A stretch of 64,000 nucleotides of DNA from Emiliania huxleyi CCMP1516 (Eukaryota): contig NW_005201154.1 in the NCBI RefSeq assembly GCF_000372725.1, positions 118,843 to 182,842 on the forward strand. The letters run 5' to 3'. The notes beneath the pieces were generated by a model. That model had not been told where the DNA came from. It saw only the letters and a list, made by a program, of their open reading frames with translations, and searched no databases. Shown here in pieces: positions 1 through 11,971 of this stretch. Each line of letters starts with the position of its first letter. Within the stretch, counting starts at the first letter, position 1. Made by a program: the position numbers and the translations under genes.

Positions 1-1164
1 CTCGGGGAGCCATTGCGGCGACGAGGCCAGAGGGTGCGCGTCCTCTGTGCTATACGGGCTAGAGTGCTCTCGCTCCTTTGCTGCGACGAGGCCGGAGATG
101 TGCGCCATGTCTGCGAGCAGGACCGCCCCGACCTGGCGAGATCACGCACGCGGTGAGGCGCGGGGGGGGGAGCGAAGAGGGGAGCGGCGCCCCCCCTCGG
201 CCGGGCAGGAGGCGAGGGGCGGCGCCTTGTCGCAGATCTGGCGCATCCGCGCGTAGTCGATGTGGCGCGAGTACGCAGACGTGCCTGCAGGCGCGGCAGC
301 GGAAGAGGGCTGAGACGCCGACGGCCGGCGCTGCTGTTGCGGCGTTGCGGCCGGGGGCGGGCGTCGGCGATGATGAGCTTGGGCCGGAAGATGGTGGCCG
401 ACTCCTCCAGCTTGTCGTAGTCGATGATCCCAGTCGCCTGTGCGAGACACGCAACACGCTTCAGCGCCCGGCTGCCCGGCTCTCTGCGTGCGGCGGTCTC
501 GGAGGGTCCTCGTTGAGGCGGTACGGCATCGAGGTGAAGTAGCGCGAGACCATCGAGATGGAGCGGCCAGTCTCGGTCTGGAAGCCGTGCGACAGGTGGC
601 CGCCTACGCCAACCTCCCGACCAGCCTCAAGGCAAGGGCGCCGCCTCCTCGCCTCGGCGCAGGGCGGCGGCCGATGCCGTGCGGGAGGTCGAGGCCCATC
701 AGCCTGTCGTGCGGCTGCAGCAGGGCGGAGAAGACGGCGAAGTTGGCCGGCGAGCCCGAGTGCGGCTGCACGTTGACGCCCCACGCGTCGGGCGTCACCC
801 CAAACGCCTCCAGCGCACGCGAGCGGCAGAGGTCCTCCGCCATGTCAATGTACTCGTTGCCGCCGTAGTAGCGCGCGTGCGGGTAGCCCTCCGAGTACTT
901 GTTCTGCATCACCGACCCCAGCGCGTCGAGCACCGACTGCGACGCGAAGTTCTCCGACGGGATAAGCACAAGCGAGCAGCGCTGCCGCCGCTTCTCCTGC
1001 TCGACAATGTCAAAGAGCTGCGGATCCGTCTCGGCGAGGCTCGCGTTGAGGCTGGTCGCGAACGGGACGTTCGAGTCGGCCCGCGCCGGCGCTGCTAGCC
1101 GGCGCGCGGCGCCGCGGAGCAGCGCGGGCGCGGCCCGCGGAAGCCTTTTTGCTGTGGCAAGCAT
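1..1164 (-). CDS. SHMT: Serine hydroxymethyltransferase, mitochondrial type; multi-exon, 3' part beyond window start
   Basis: [85 protein letters not shown] across exons. Arg/Ala-rich presequence [14 protein letters not shown] intron 604-677 and GA-AG intron 438-508. Confidence 0.95.
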
Positions 1165-3883
1165 GTGCTGTCCTGATCCTCGGTGTGGTCGCCTCTGCGG
1201 AACAGCCGAGACCGAGACCTCGATACTGTTCAGTCTCGAGGTGTTTTTGGCGGCCGACCGTCAGTGCACGGAGTTGCCCCTTCTCCGACTGCCCCGGCTA
1301 GTTCCCGAGGTCGTCGGAGTGACCCCTTCGCCGCCCGAGACCTAGCGCGGGTGGGTTGGAGGGGACTCGCTGCGGGGAAGGGGGCTGTGGAAGAAGCCGA
1401 TCCCCGTAGTCCGTCCCGCTCCTCCCCATCGGGCCGCATAAGCGGCCGCGCCTCGCAGATTCGTTTCTCGCGACTGGGTCAGGCGCGCGGGGCATCCCCC
1501 GGGTCGCTCGACCAGCGTTCCGAAGAGTGGCCGCTATTCGAAGGAAAGAGTGGGGCCCTCGGGGTACGCCTCGTCCGGCCCCCTCCGAGGGGGGAAGGGA
1601 ATTGCGGGGTCCCCACGGGCGCCTCTCTTCGGCCCTCCCGAGGGGTGTGTGTGTGTGAGTGAGCACTCACACTCACACCGAGGGGGGGAGGGAAGCAAGG
1701 GGGTGGGGGGATCGGGGCGGTGGGGAGGGCGGTCTCGATTTCGTGAGGCTAATACTCGAGTACTTGCCTTTCGGGGAGGGGCCTCAGCCTGGCGAGTCCA
1801 GCTCAACCTGACGTCTTCCCCTCCTCCCCAGAGGCAGCGAGTAGGCAGCGAGAGGAGGTCTCGAGCGCCTATAAGTCAATGCGCGAAGGGCGGTGGCCAG
1901 TGCGCGGGCGAGGGGGGCGGGGCGGGCGGGCAGGCGGGCGGGGAGGAGGGGAGGGGAGCGGTGGCTTAGCCATCAGTCTCTAAGTTTGGCCGCTCCATGC
2001 TCGCCCTCGGGCGGGCGGCTGCGCGGCCGGTCGAGGCCGGCCGCGGGCTGGCTTGCGACGGCTGGCCGCCGCCGCGCGCGCGCGCGCTGCTCGTCGCTGC
2101 TTCGCTTGCTGTGGCGGCGGCTGCGCCGCAGTGCGGCGCGGCTGGCGGCGCAGATGCGCAAAGGATCTGGCTGCTGCCAGAGCTGCACCACCTTGCTGTC
2201 CACCCTCGTGTGCAGCGCCCCTCGACGTCTCCTCCTCCCTCTTCCTCTGCGTCCGCGCAGCGCACGCTCCTAGTTTGTCAGCGCACCTCTACGGCCTCCC
2301 TGTGGCTTTTGGGCGCACCTCTGGTGGTGTTGCGCGCTCTGCGCGGCGCCACCGGCGGCGCGTCGGAGTGGCGGCCGCCACTCGCGTGGTGCCAAGAGGT
2401 TCTCCGGAACCCTTACGCGCACCACGGCGGCCGCCTTCAACTCCCCGAGCGCCCTAGGACCAAGGGCGCGCTCGGCAAAATTCCTGCGCTCTGCGCAAGG
2501 CCACAACCCCTGGGCCAGCTCTTGGTGGAACCACCTCAAGGCCAGCGCGCATGCGTGGGCGATGGACTGACTCCAACAGCTCAAGGGCTCGCACTCTCCT
2601 CACCACCGCGCGCGCGTTGCAGCAGGAGTGCCGCAAACCGCAATGCGGCTTGTGTGCGACTACCGCACTGTGCCGCAGCTGCACCGCTTCTCCTCGGACA
2701 TCATCGTGCACTCGGTGATCCGCTGCGAGGACGCGGTCAGCACCGCGCCGGATCTCTTCTGAGAGCCGGCGCGGATCGCGGACGTGCGGCTTCAAGGCTC
2801 TGCCGGCGGATCTATACTATGGCGTGGCGTATGCCAGGCTGCGGGTCCAAAGTGTCCCGGCGCGGCGCGCGCCACCGCCCCCGGCGCGGGGCGGGATGTC
2901 AGTACGTGAGTACGGTGTCCCTGTCCCTGTGCCCCACTTTCTTCTCCTGCGTCGGTCCCCGCGAACCCCACTATATAGCGCCACCTCGTGAGCTGTCTGT
3001 GAGCTATGTGTAGTGCGTCCAGCAGTCCGGACCCAGTGCTACGGCCGATGACAGCGTGCCTCGTGTCGGCTCCCGAGCCAATCGTGTGCAGCGTGTGTGT
3101 GCGTGTGGGCCCGTCCTCCCCATGCTAGGAGGTGTGTAAGACTGACTGACTGACCTCTACGGCCTGACCATGGCTCGCGCGGCAAAACGGAGATGCAACT
3201 GTGCGCGCGCAGAGGGTGGTCAGGAGGATGGCGCGAGCGGCGTGCGCGCGGGCGTGGCCGGCAGGGTGGCGGCGGCGCTGGCGGCTGCTGGCCCGGCGGG
3301 CGGGCTTCCAAGGCCGGCGCTCCTTGCGGGCACCGGTGGGCACCGCGGCGGCACCTCTCCGCCACACCTTTGTGGCGACCCCCCCTGTCTGGCGCTTTTT
3401 TAAGCGCCTGAGCTCCTCCCAAGGCCGAGCTCCTCCCTGCATCTCTGCAGAATGTCCCTTGTAACGTGAGAGACTGCGAAGTAGTGTTCTTGTTTTGTGT
3501 CCGCTTTCTCTTGTGAGCAGCGTGTCGGCGGTGTGTCGCTCGAGCGTGCCGTCGTCTTCTGAGAGAGATTTTTAGCAATACCAAACAACTCTAACACGCA
3601 CACGTCATTTGGGGCCTGGAGCCCTGTTCACGCGCGCGCAAGACGTGCAGACAGGGTTGCCAGGTGAGAGTGTGTCGTCTTCTGTCCCGCGTCCACCCTT
3701 ACCGCGCTGGTGTGGCCAGGGGCTGAGTGTTCTTCCTGTCCATCTTTTTCTCTCGAGTGTTCTTCGCCTTCCTGTCTATCTGTTTCTCTCGATTTATCTG
3801 GGATGAGATGGGTTGTAAAATTCTTCGCCTCCAAAAATTCTTCTTCTTCGGCACTGCTGGACGCGTCCGAACGGCGCACACAC

Positions 3884-4444
3884 ATGCTCTCGCCTCCGCC
3901 GCTGGTGGTCAGCCCGCCGCCGCCACCGCGACATTCTGTGTTCCCACCTGCTCCATCGCCGGCGTCCGACACGCCAGCTCGATGGTCCTGCTTCCCCGCG
4001 GACCCCAGCCTCGGTGTCGAGCTGTCGGAAGATGCGCTGCTGTGCGTCCTTTCCAAGCTGACGGCCGTGGACGCGCTGCGGCGAGCCAAGGCGGTCTCCA
4101 TGGCGTGGAGACGGGCCGCTCGCGACACGCTCTGCTCTCTTGACTGGCTCGTCTCCAGCGGCGTGACGCTGCTCTCCCTCCTCAAAGTCGGCAGCCCCTC
4201 GCCCGCTCTCGCGGTGTCGCTGGCTGAGGCGAGGCCTAGCCTGCTCAATGAACGGGACGTCGAGGGGATGTTGCCGCTCCAGTTCGCCGCCGCCTACCGG
4301 AAGGGGAGGCCGCTCGTCCTCGCCCTCCGCGAGGTGACCGCTGGGAGAGTGCCGGGCGGCGTGCCGGCCCTGTCAGCGGAGCTCTGCAGGCTCAGGCTCC
4401 GCCCAGTCCACACGCGGGTGAGGGAGGCGCCCGTCGCGGCGTGA
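3884..4444 (+). CDS. Small F-box-like protein with one ankyrin-like motif
   Basis: ELSEDALLCVLSKL...AKAVSMAWRRAA (F-box pattern); LLNERDVEGMLPLQFAAA (ankyrin-like). ATG at 3884 is in frame with ORF 3710..4444. Confidence 0.55.
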   Translation: MLSPPPLVVSPPPPPRHSVFPPAPSPASDTPARWSCFPADPSLGVELSEDALLCVLSKLTAVDALRRAKAVSMAWRRAARDTLCSLDWLVSSGVTLLSLLKVGSPSPALAVSLAEARPSLLNERDVEGMLPLQFAAAYRKGRPLVLALREVTAGRVPGGVPALSAELCRLRLRPVHTRVREAPVAA

Positions 4445-4851
4445 GTGACGCCGGGCGAGTGGTCCCGTCAGATGGTCGGAACTAATCCCGGCAGGTCACC
4501 CGGTCGAGGCGATCGCGGCGTGACTCAGGACCGCGGTTTGATTGATGATGTGTGACCGCGTTTGCGCAGCGCGTCCTGACAGAACACAGAAGCGTTGTTT
4601 GCATGTGCACATGTGCATGTGCATTGCAATACTCCCAGACGACGCACCCAGCGGATCGACCACACACAGAAAAGTGCTCCTTTTGTCGGGTTGCGAGCCT
4701 CTCTCAAAAAAGAGAAAAGTCGGGTGGGGCGGATCCCTGCGGGCTGCGGCGGCCACCTGCCCCCTTTTTGAAAAAATCGAAACGCACGATTTCTTCTTTA
4801 TAGCGCCGGCGGGCAGTCCCCGCCTCTTTTGGAGCGAGCGCGTGGGCGGCA

Positions 4852-5409
4852 ATGCAGCAAATGCAGGTGACCGTGCCGCCTGGGGTCTACGCGGGCATGT
4901 CGTTTCAGGTCAACACGCCGGCAGGTCCTATGGAGGTGGTCGCGCCCGTCGGCGAGGGGCAGCAGATGATCGTTAATGTGCCGGTAGCGCCAGTGGTCAT
5001 GGCGACTGTGATCCCTGATGGCGGTGCGCCGATGATGATGGCAACGTCGGCAGCACCGCAGATGGCACCAGTGCAGCAGTCCATGCATCGCACTGTGCCC
5101 ATCGGCTCGATCCCTGCTGGTGGGAGCCAGCCGCTGTGGTCGGCGCAGGAGCTCACTGGCACGTGGATCTGTTGCTGTCTACCTGGTGGGTGTGGCATCA
5201 CTACGCTCACGGCGGAGGGCGACGACGTGAAGATAGAAAACGGAGTCTGCTGCTTTCTCGGCCTGCCTTGTCCGATCAGCAACGAGAGGTGGATCCGCAA
5301 GGGCGACACCAACGGGTTCTACAAGGACGATGAGCCTTCCAGTGTCGACGTGTTCACCTCCAGGACGTCGATTTGCAACGGGCCCTCGTGCTCGAGGAGG
5401 CTCTGCTAG
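4852..5409 (+). CDS. Hypothetical 185-aa protein: N-terminal VTVPPG-type beta module, Met/Pro linker, Cys-rich C-terminal domain
   Basis: Clean ATG-to-TAG ORF with protein-like composition: MQVTVPPGVYAGMSFQVNTPAGPMEVVAP; GTWICCCLPGGC...GVCCFLGLPCP. Confidence 0.65.
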   Translation: MQQMQVTVPPGVYAGMSFQVNTPAGPMEVVAPVGEGQQMIVNVPVAPVVMATVIPDGGAPMMMATSAAPQMAPVQQSMHRTVPIGSIPAGGSQPLWSAQELTGTWICCCLPGGCGITTLTAEGDDVKIENGVCCFLGLPCPISNERWIRKGDTNGFYKDDEPSSVDVFTSRTSICNGPSCSRRLC

Positions 5410-6125
5410 CTGTCGGCAGCGTGTCTGAGTCACTGAGTGTCAGGCGGCGTGCCCGCCGCGGCTGTCTGCCGAGCCCTCTGCAGGAGTAAAGCTCCACATT
5501 ACCACGCGCGGCGCGGAGCGCCTCTCCGACTCCCCCCCAGGCGCGCCCAGCTCTCGGTAACGGTATCGCGTACTGCACGAGGCTACCGTGGGCCCCGCCT
5601 GCGCGCTGGGGGTTCCCTGCCCTGTCGGGAAGCCTAGCTCTTAACCTGGGGTCGCTACCTAATGCGGGGCTCGTCCTGTGGACGGGCGATGAAGTTCGCC
5701 TTGAATCTCTCGTCTGTCGTCTCGCTTTCCCCCCGACTGTGCGACTCGCGTCCGTCGGGGGTACTCCCTGTCTTGGCTCTCTGATCTCCCCCCCCCCCCC
5801 CCCCCCTCCTTCCCTCTCCGGGAACAGGGATGCGCACTGCTATCCCTACTGAGGGAGGGTGTAGAGGATGTAGCGAGTGATGAGTAATGTAGTGGTGGTG
5901 TGTCGCTTGCATCATAAAATTGCTCCCTCCTCGCGGTGAGCGCCGAGATGCTCCGCGGTACGTTGTGCATAGCTGGTTACGGATAGTTCAGTAAGGTCAC
6001 ACTCTCTCCGATGTGTGAAATAAATTTTGACTTCCTTAGGTCGAGTGCACCCCTCCTAGGACCAAGCGAAATGTTGACCCACCGGCTGAGAGCCTCTTGC
6101 TGCGTGTGGCGGCGCGGGGACGATC

Positions 6126-6391
6126 CCTGGTGTGGACGGTTTTTTTCGCGGTATCCGCGGCGGGATATGGCGGGATATGGCGGGATATGGCGGGATATGG
6201 CGGGATACCGGGAGATACCGGGAGATACCGGGAGATACCAGGATATTACGAGATACGGGCAGATACGGGCAGATACGGGCAGATACGGGCAGATACGGGC
6301 AGATGCGAGGAGATGCAAGGAGATACGGGGAGATACAGTCAGATATTGGAGAGATACATCAAGATACCGCAAAAAAACCGTCCACACTAGG
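6126..6391. mobile_element. MITE-like element: about 30-bp terminal inverted repeats around a decamer array
   Basis: Left CCTGGTGTGGACGGTTTTTTTCGCGGTATC versus reverse complement of right CCTAGTGTGGACGGTTTTTTTGCGGTATC. Interior is (GGCGGGATAT)n, (GGGAGATACC)n, (GGGCAGATAC)n. No TSD seen. Confidence 0.65.
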
Positions 6392-6584
6392 ACTGGGACG
6401 CGCGGCGGCGGTGGCGAGCAGGCGAGCGATCCGTGCGCGGTGGAGGTGGCCGGGCGAGGGGGCGGCGGGTGACGGGGCAAGGCAGCAGCCCACACCCGAC
6501 GCGTCGCACCCGAACGCCATCGTCCATCGATTGCGACGCCTGCGCAGGGGCCGCAGGGCGGTCAGTGGTGAGGCGAGGCGGTGC

Positions 6585-6732
6585 AGGCTGCTCACCCACG
6601 TGCACCGGGCCAGTGCTTGCACTTTGAATGCAGTGGGGCTCCTGCCCGTGTCCGGGTGTGGAGATGCGAGGGTCGCCCCCCCTTGCCCCACCACTTTGTG
6701 TGTGTGGAGAAATTACCTTACCTTACCTTACC
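6585..6732 (+). mobile_element. SINE-like or non-LTR 3'-end repeat with (TTACC)4 tail, copy 1
   Basis: Near-identical inverted copy at 61403-61554 with the same 5' boundary (AGGCTGCTCACCCACG) and the same tail. Confidence 0.7.
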
Positions 6733-6876
6733 GGCCGCGGGCCGGGTGCAAGGCGCGCCGGCCTGCCTGCCCTCGGCGCCGCCTCGGCGCGCCGCACGAG
6801 CGAGGAGTCGAGGTTAGACAACGGTGGGTGGGCGGGTGGGACGGAGGACGTCGAGGTCCCGAGGTGGATGTCCTTA

Positions 6877-8746
6877 CTCGCAGAGTGTGGGTAAACGAAA
6901 GTACCGTATTCGGTACTATCAAGAAAGACACCGAAAAAAGTCGCCGCGGCAGTCCACGACGAGCCAGCCTGCTGCCGGCTCGCACGGCAGCCTCTTCCTA
7001 TGGACCAGCCTCGACTTCCATACAGTCAACATTTTGTCGCTGCGTGCTCGTGGTGAGCTGTGGCGGCGGTCGAAGTTCGCCCAGATTCGGTGACGAGCGC
7101 CGGACGATAGTACCGCCTCTGTTCGCCCTGTGCATGTCAGGCCAGGCTGCAGCAGGGCACTACCAACGTGCTGCCCTGTTGCAGCCTGACTTTGCCCACT
7201 GTGCACAGTCGCCAGAGCACCACCACCGCCCGGCATCGTGTCACGGCGAGCTCCTTCTGCGCCCGCTCGCGAGGCTCTCGCGCTGGCACACTTTGGCCAT
7301 CTGCTGCTCGCGTTCGGCGAGCTCTTCTCCGCACTCCTGCCACGGTGCCGTCACCACACACCTTCTGGCTGGCCTGAGCCGCGCGGGGTCGCCGGCGGGG
7401 GCAACGCGTCGACCTCTCTCTCTGGCGCACCACGGGCCGCAACGGCCTGCGAGCAGCGTCACTGTGTGGAACGCGGGAGCGATGGGTCCCAAAAAAGGTA
7501 CCAGCAGAATGGCGCGTCTCCGCCCCCTTTCCTGTACGCGTGGGTCTCACAGAACGATTGCGCATTGGACCTTCGAGGGCATCAAAGTCGGCCGCGCCCC
7601 ACGGCCATCCCGCCGGCTCTCGAGTGTCGCAGCGCGACGCGCTTCACCCCTCGACTCCGCGCTGCGAGTCGATCGGGAGACGACGCTCGGCCACCGCCAA
7701 CTCCACCCTGACGTGTCGCACATGCGCCGAGTGTCCCCCCCGAGGGTGTCCTTATATAGTATACTTGGTTGCGAGTTAAAAAAAGCCCATTCTGCGCCCG
7801 CAGCCAGCAGCAGAACACATGCCGTTCTGGTGCCCCTCGGCTGGCCAGAGGACGACTCACAATACAAAATCGGAAAGACATCACGAGGGGCCGTATAAAC
7901 GGTGCCGCAGCGGCCCGGGACACTAACAATGAGTTGCCGCCATTCGCCCGGCCTCCTCCCCCTCGGGGTCGCCCGGAAAGTGGGCTTGCGCACCGGCGCC
8001 CCCCCAGCACGCCGACCCGAGGTGTACCCTCCGGCCACCTGGGAGGGGCGCTCCCTCCATTTTTGGCCCATTGGCTTCACCATGATGGATACGGAGATGG
8101 CCAGCCCTTGGTTGTGCACCTGCGACGCGAAGAGGAGGTGATCTTGGCGGACGACGGCCATGCCGAGAGCGGGCGCAGCGCGGAAGAGGGTGCGCAGCGC
8201 GTCGCGGCCGCGCACTTGGGAGCCGGGGGGGATGGCCGGAGGGGGCGGGACGCCTGCATGTCCTCGAAGCTCCCAACCGCATACGCAAGCCGAGCCGCGA
8301 ACGGCGGCGAGAGAGTTTGGCAGGGTCAGCGAGGACCGCGCATGGCGAAGGAACCTTTTTTAGGACCCAGCGCAAACACCGTCTCCCATCGTGGTGCGCG
8401 AGGAGGCAGTGTGCCGGCACAGTCGAGCCGGAGCATCGGGTTCTTGATGCTTCTGGGGTCAAGTTTGACCTTATGTGGTATAATATGCAACAATAATGCT
8501 ATGCTCTCACCCAGCCTTTTGAGATATGATCCCTCAAAGTCGAATTTTCGTTTACTGGTGACCATAGTACCGTTTGTCTTGTTTGCGTTTCTTCAAACGA
8601 ATCCTTTAAAGTCTCGACAATCACTCAGCTGCTTATGTGGCACCGCAGAGGCTCCCTTGGGGATGCCTGAGGCCACCCCAACCACACACTAAGCCGTACG
8701 TAGACGAATTGGGCGCTACTTTTTTCGTTTACCCACATTATGCGAG
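6877..8746. mobile_element. Non-autonomous TA-flanked TIR element (Tc1/mariner-like), 1.87 kb
   Basis: TA|CTCGCAGAGTGTGGGTAAACGAAA ... TTTCGTTTACCCACATTATGCGAG|TA; 22/24 TIR match. No transposase recognised inside. Confidence 0.7.
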
Positions 8747-8825
8747 TAGATGACGAAAAAAAACCCAGCGCCGGTCTCGCCTCTCGCTCGCCCAAGCCCG
8801 CCACGCTCGAGCGACCAACAGGAAC

Positions 8826-11299
8826 ATGCTCGCCGCCGTCCTACCCCTCCTCCGCTACGCGCCGCGGGTGGGCGGCCGCCCCTCGCTGCACCGCTCCTCG
8901 CTGCACCGCGCGGTGTGCTCGTCGGCCGACGGCGGCTCCTTTGCGGAGCTCGGTGTGTCCGAGCCGCTGCTGGCGGGCCTGCAGGGGTTGGGGTTCGAGG
9001 CGCCGACCGAGATCCAGCGGCAGGCGTGGCCGTTCGTGCGCGGCGGCGGCGACGTGGTGCTGCTCGACGAGACCGGGTCGGGCAAGACGATCGCCTACGC
9101 GCTGCCGGTGCTGCAGGCGATGCTCGAGGAGAGGGAGGAGCTGGTCGCAGAGGCGAGGAGGGCGCGCGGCGAGGAGGGCGGCGGCGAGGAGGGGCGGCTG
9201 GTGCTGCCGCGCGTGCCGTCGCAGGCGCTGCTGCTCGCGCCCAACCGCGAGCTCGTCGTGCAGGTCCACGCGACGGTGCGAGCGCTGCTCGCCGGCCTGC
9301 CTCCGTCGCTGCAGCTGCGCTCGTCGGCGCTGACCGAGGACAGAGGGGTCTCCGCGCCGCGCCGTGGCTGCCGCGCCCGCGTCCCGAGGCGTGCGGGCTG
9401 CGTGCCTAGGCGGACGCCGACGGCGAGGCGGACGTCCTCTGCGCCACCCCCGCCGTCGCCCTGCGCTCGTGGCGCGGCTCGCGGGGCGGGCGGTTGCGTG
9501 GGCCGGGGAGAGTGAGGTTCGGGGGTGGGTGGTGGGAGGGCGGGGAGGGTGCGGCGGCGCTGCTCACGCGCTCCGGCCTGCGAGCAGGTGGGCTGTGCTC
9601 GACGAGGCCGACCAGCTCCTCGCGGGCTCCTTCAAGCCGGCGAGCCGCGAGCCGGGTCGCGCGGCGGCGGCTCTTTGCCGTCCTTGCCGGACGGCGCGTG
9701 GCCAGCCTCCCTTGTAGGCGATCCGAGACCGGTACGAGGTGGAGCAGATCTGCGCCGAGCTCAAGCGGGCGGCCAAGGCGTCGGCGGCCGAGGAGGGCTC
9801 GATGGCGGGGAGGGACCTCGCACGCGCTCGCATCGGATTGCACCGCGTCGGCAGCGACGCGGAGCGGCAGGCGGTGAGGGACGCGGCACGCGTGGCTCTC
9901 ATTGTGAAGTGAGCACTATGGATGAATGAATGTGCGGCAGGCGGCGAGGGACGCGGTACGCATGGCTCGCGCAAAGACGTGCGGGCGCCGGGCGGCCCCG
10001 CGCCGCACGCAGTGTCCGGCTCGGAGGCGCGTCTCTGGGCGTTGGTCTGTAGGTGGGCGGGCCTCAAGCAGTTTATGCTGGTGGGCGCCACCATGCCGAA
10101 CGCTGGCACGAAGAACGTCCACCTGCACGTCGAGCGGAGCTGGCCGGTGAGCGAGCGGGAGGCGGAGCGCCCGTCGTTGTTCGGAGCGTCTTCCCCCCTG
10201 CACCGCCTCGGAGCCTGCCTGCAGGCGGCGGCGTGGGTGCGCACCGGCCGCGAGCACCACTCGATCGGCCCTCGGCTGCGTCAGTTCTTCGTGCGGGTGC
10301 GCCGAGACATCGCCGAGATGTCGCCGAGACATCGCCGAGATGTCGCCGGGATGTCGCCGAGATGTCGCCGAGATGTCGCCGAGATGTCGCCGAGATGTCG
10401 CCGGGATATCCCCTGTTTGCGTCAGTTCTTCGTGCGGGTGTGCGGGCCGAGACCGAGCGCCGCGCAAGCCGCCGGCCGTGCCTCGGAGGCCGTGAGAGCC
10501 GTCTCGGAGCCGTCTGGGATAGGTGGGCGAGGAGAGCCGCGCCGCCGCGCTCCGCGCCGCAGTGCAGCAGGGGCCGCAGGGCCGCACTCTGGTGTTCGCA
10601 AACACGCTCGCCACGGCGGAGGCGGCCGAGGCGGAGCTGCAGGGCGTCCGCACTTGCGCCGCCTTCCACAACGGCCCGCCAACCCCCCCCCCCCCCCTCT
10701 CCCTCCCTCCCTCCGCTCCGCCCCTGCCCCCGCCTCTCGCCCGCGCGGCGCAATCGGCGCGGTATGTGGATCGGCACACTGAGCCCGGCCGGCTGTGCGC
10801 GCGTCTCGAGCAGGCGTGGGTCCGGAGGAGCGGCGGGAGCACCTCGCAGCCTTCCAGCAGGGGGAGCTGCCCGTCCTCGTCTGCACCGGCCTCGCCTCGC
10901 GCGGGATCGACTTCACCGACGTGAGCCCGCCCGTGCGAGAGGGGAGGGGGGGGGAGGGAGGGAGAGAAAGGGGGCGAGAGCGGCGGCACCCCCCTCACTC
11001 CCTCCCCGCTCTGCGGCGCTGTGCAGGTTGCCCACGTGGTGCAGTACGAGATGGCGGCCAACGCGGTCGAGTACATCCACCGCGTGGGCCGCACCGCGCG
11101 CGCCGGCCGCTCCGGCGTCGCCACCGCCCTCTACACCGACCTCAGCGCCCCGCTCGTCGACGCGCTGCGCTCCGCGTCCGAGCGGGGCGACCCGATCGAC
11201 GCCCTCTTCTCGCGCCGGCGGCTCTTTCGGAAAAAGTTCAACAAGGCGAGGGAGTATGAGCTCGGCCAGCGTGCAAGTCAGGCGGGCAGGCAGTCCTAG
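8826..11299 (+). CDS. DEAD-box RNA helicase, RH22-like, probably organellar; multi-exon
   Basis: Q motif FAELGV..GFEAPTEIQ, DETGSGKT, LAPNRELVVQ, VLDEADQLL, FMLVGATMP, LVFANT, VLVCTGLASRGIDF, YIHRVGRTARAG. Confidence 0.9.
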
Positions 11300-11348
11300 G
11301 GGCTTTGTCACGAGTTCAGAGCTGGGGTGAGAGACTGCAGACTCTCGT

Positions 11349-11805
11349 CAGAGCTCTGCGCGGACGGGGCGCCCGGGCTGGTCCTTTTCGAAGGTAAATA
11401 AATAAAGAATTAACAGCGCCCTGCGGGGCCGGCGCGGCCCGGCTCTCGCGGGCCCGCTCGCTGCCGCACACTCCGGAGTGGCACGACTCGCTGTCGCTCG
11501 GCGGCGACTCGGCGGGCGCTCGGGGCCGGCCTGCGCGGCCGGCGGACGTGCGGGTCGCGCTCACCTCTCGCGGGTGAGTCTCTCGCCTCTCGGGGGTGGC
11601 AGGGGGTCCGTCTCGCGTCGGTCGCGTCTCGGGCGCGTTTCGCGGTCTCCGCGCGTGCGGTCTGCGGAGATTTTCATGTGTTGTGGCTTGTGTGCCCCCC
11701 GCTGCCCCGGAAGAGAGGGGGAAACATTTCTCACTCATGACAACCCCCCCGCTCCCCCCATGCTCCTCCCTGCGCACGTATAGAGCCGTCCGAATAAGAG
11801 CCCTG
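11349..11805. mobile_element. Possible hAT-like MITE
   Basis: Termini CAGAGCTCTGCGCGGACGG and (reverse complement) CAGGGCTCTTATTCGGACGG. Flanking 8-mers ACTCTCGT and ACTCTCTC match 6/8. Confidence 0.45.
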
Positions 11806-11971
11806 ACTCTCTCCTACCTGCACGCGCCGCGGCGACACGGAACATACACCCATCTCGCTCTCTGGCGTCTGGGTCCCTGCAGTTTCTTAGCCGGTCCCAG
11901 CACTCGCGGTCCGCCGATGCCGGAGCCTCGCCCCCTCCTGCCCGCACTGTCTGCTGGGCTTCGCCAAGCCC

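Noticed and set aside
1893..3600. Several overlapping ORFs
   Set aside because: No recognisable domain or consistent exon chain could be supported.
6132..8692. Long ORFs of 588 and 307 aa as a possible transposase
   Set aside because: They cross repeat boundaries, are Arg/Pro/Ala-rich with no DDE or HTH motif, and long stop-free frames are expected at this GC content.
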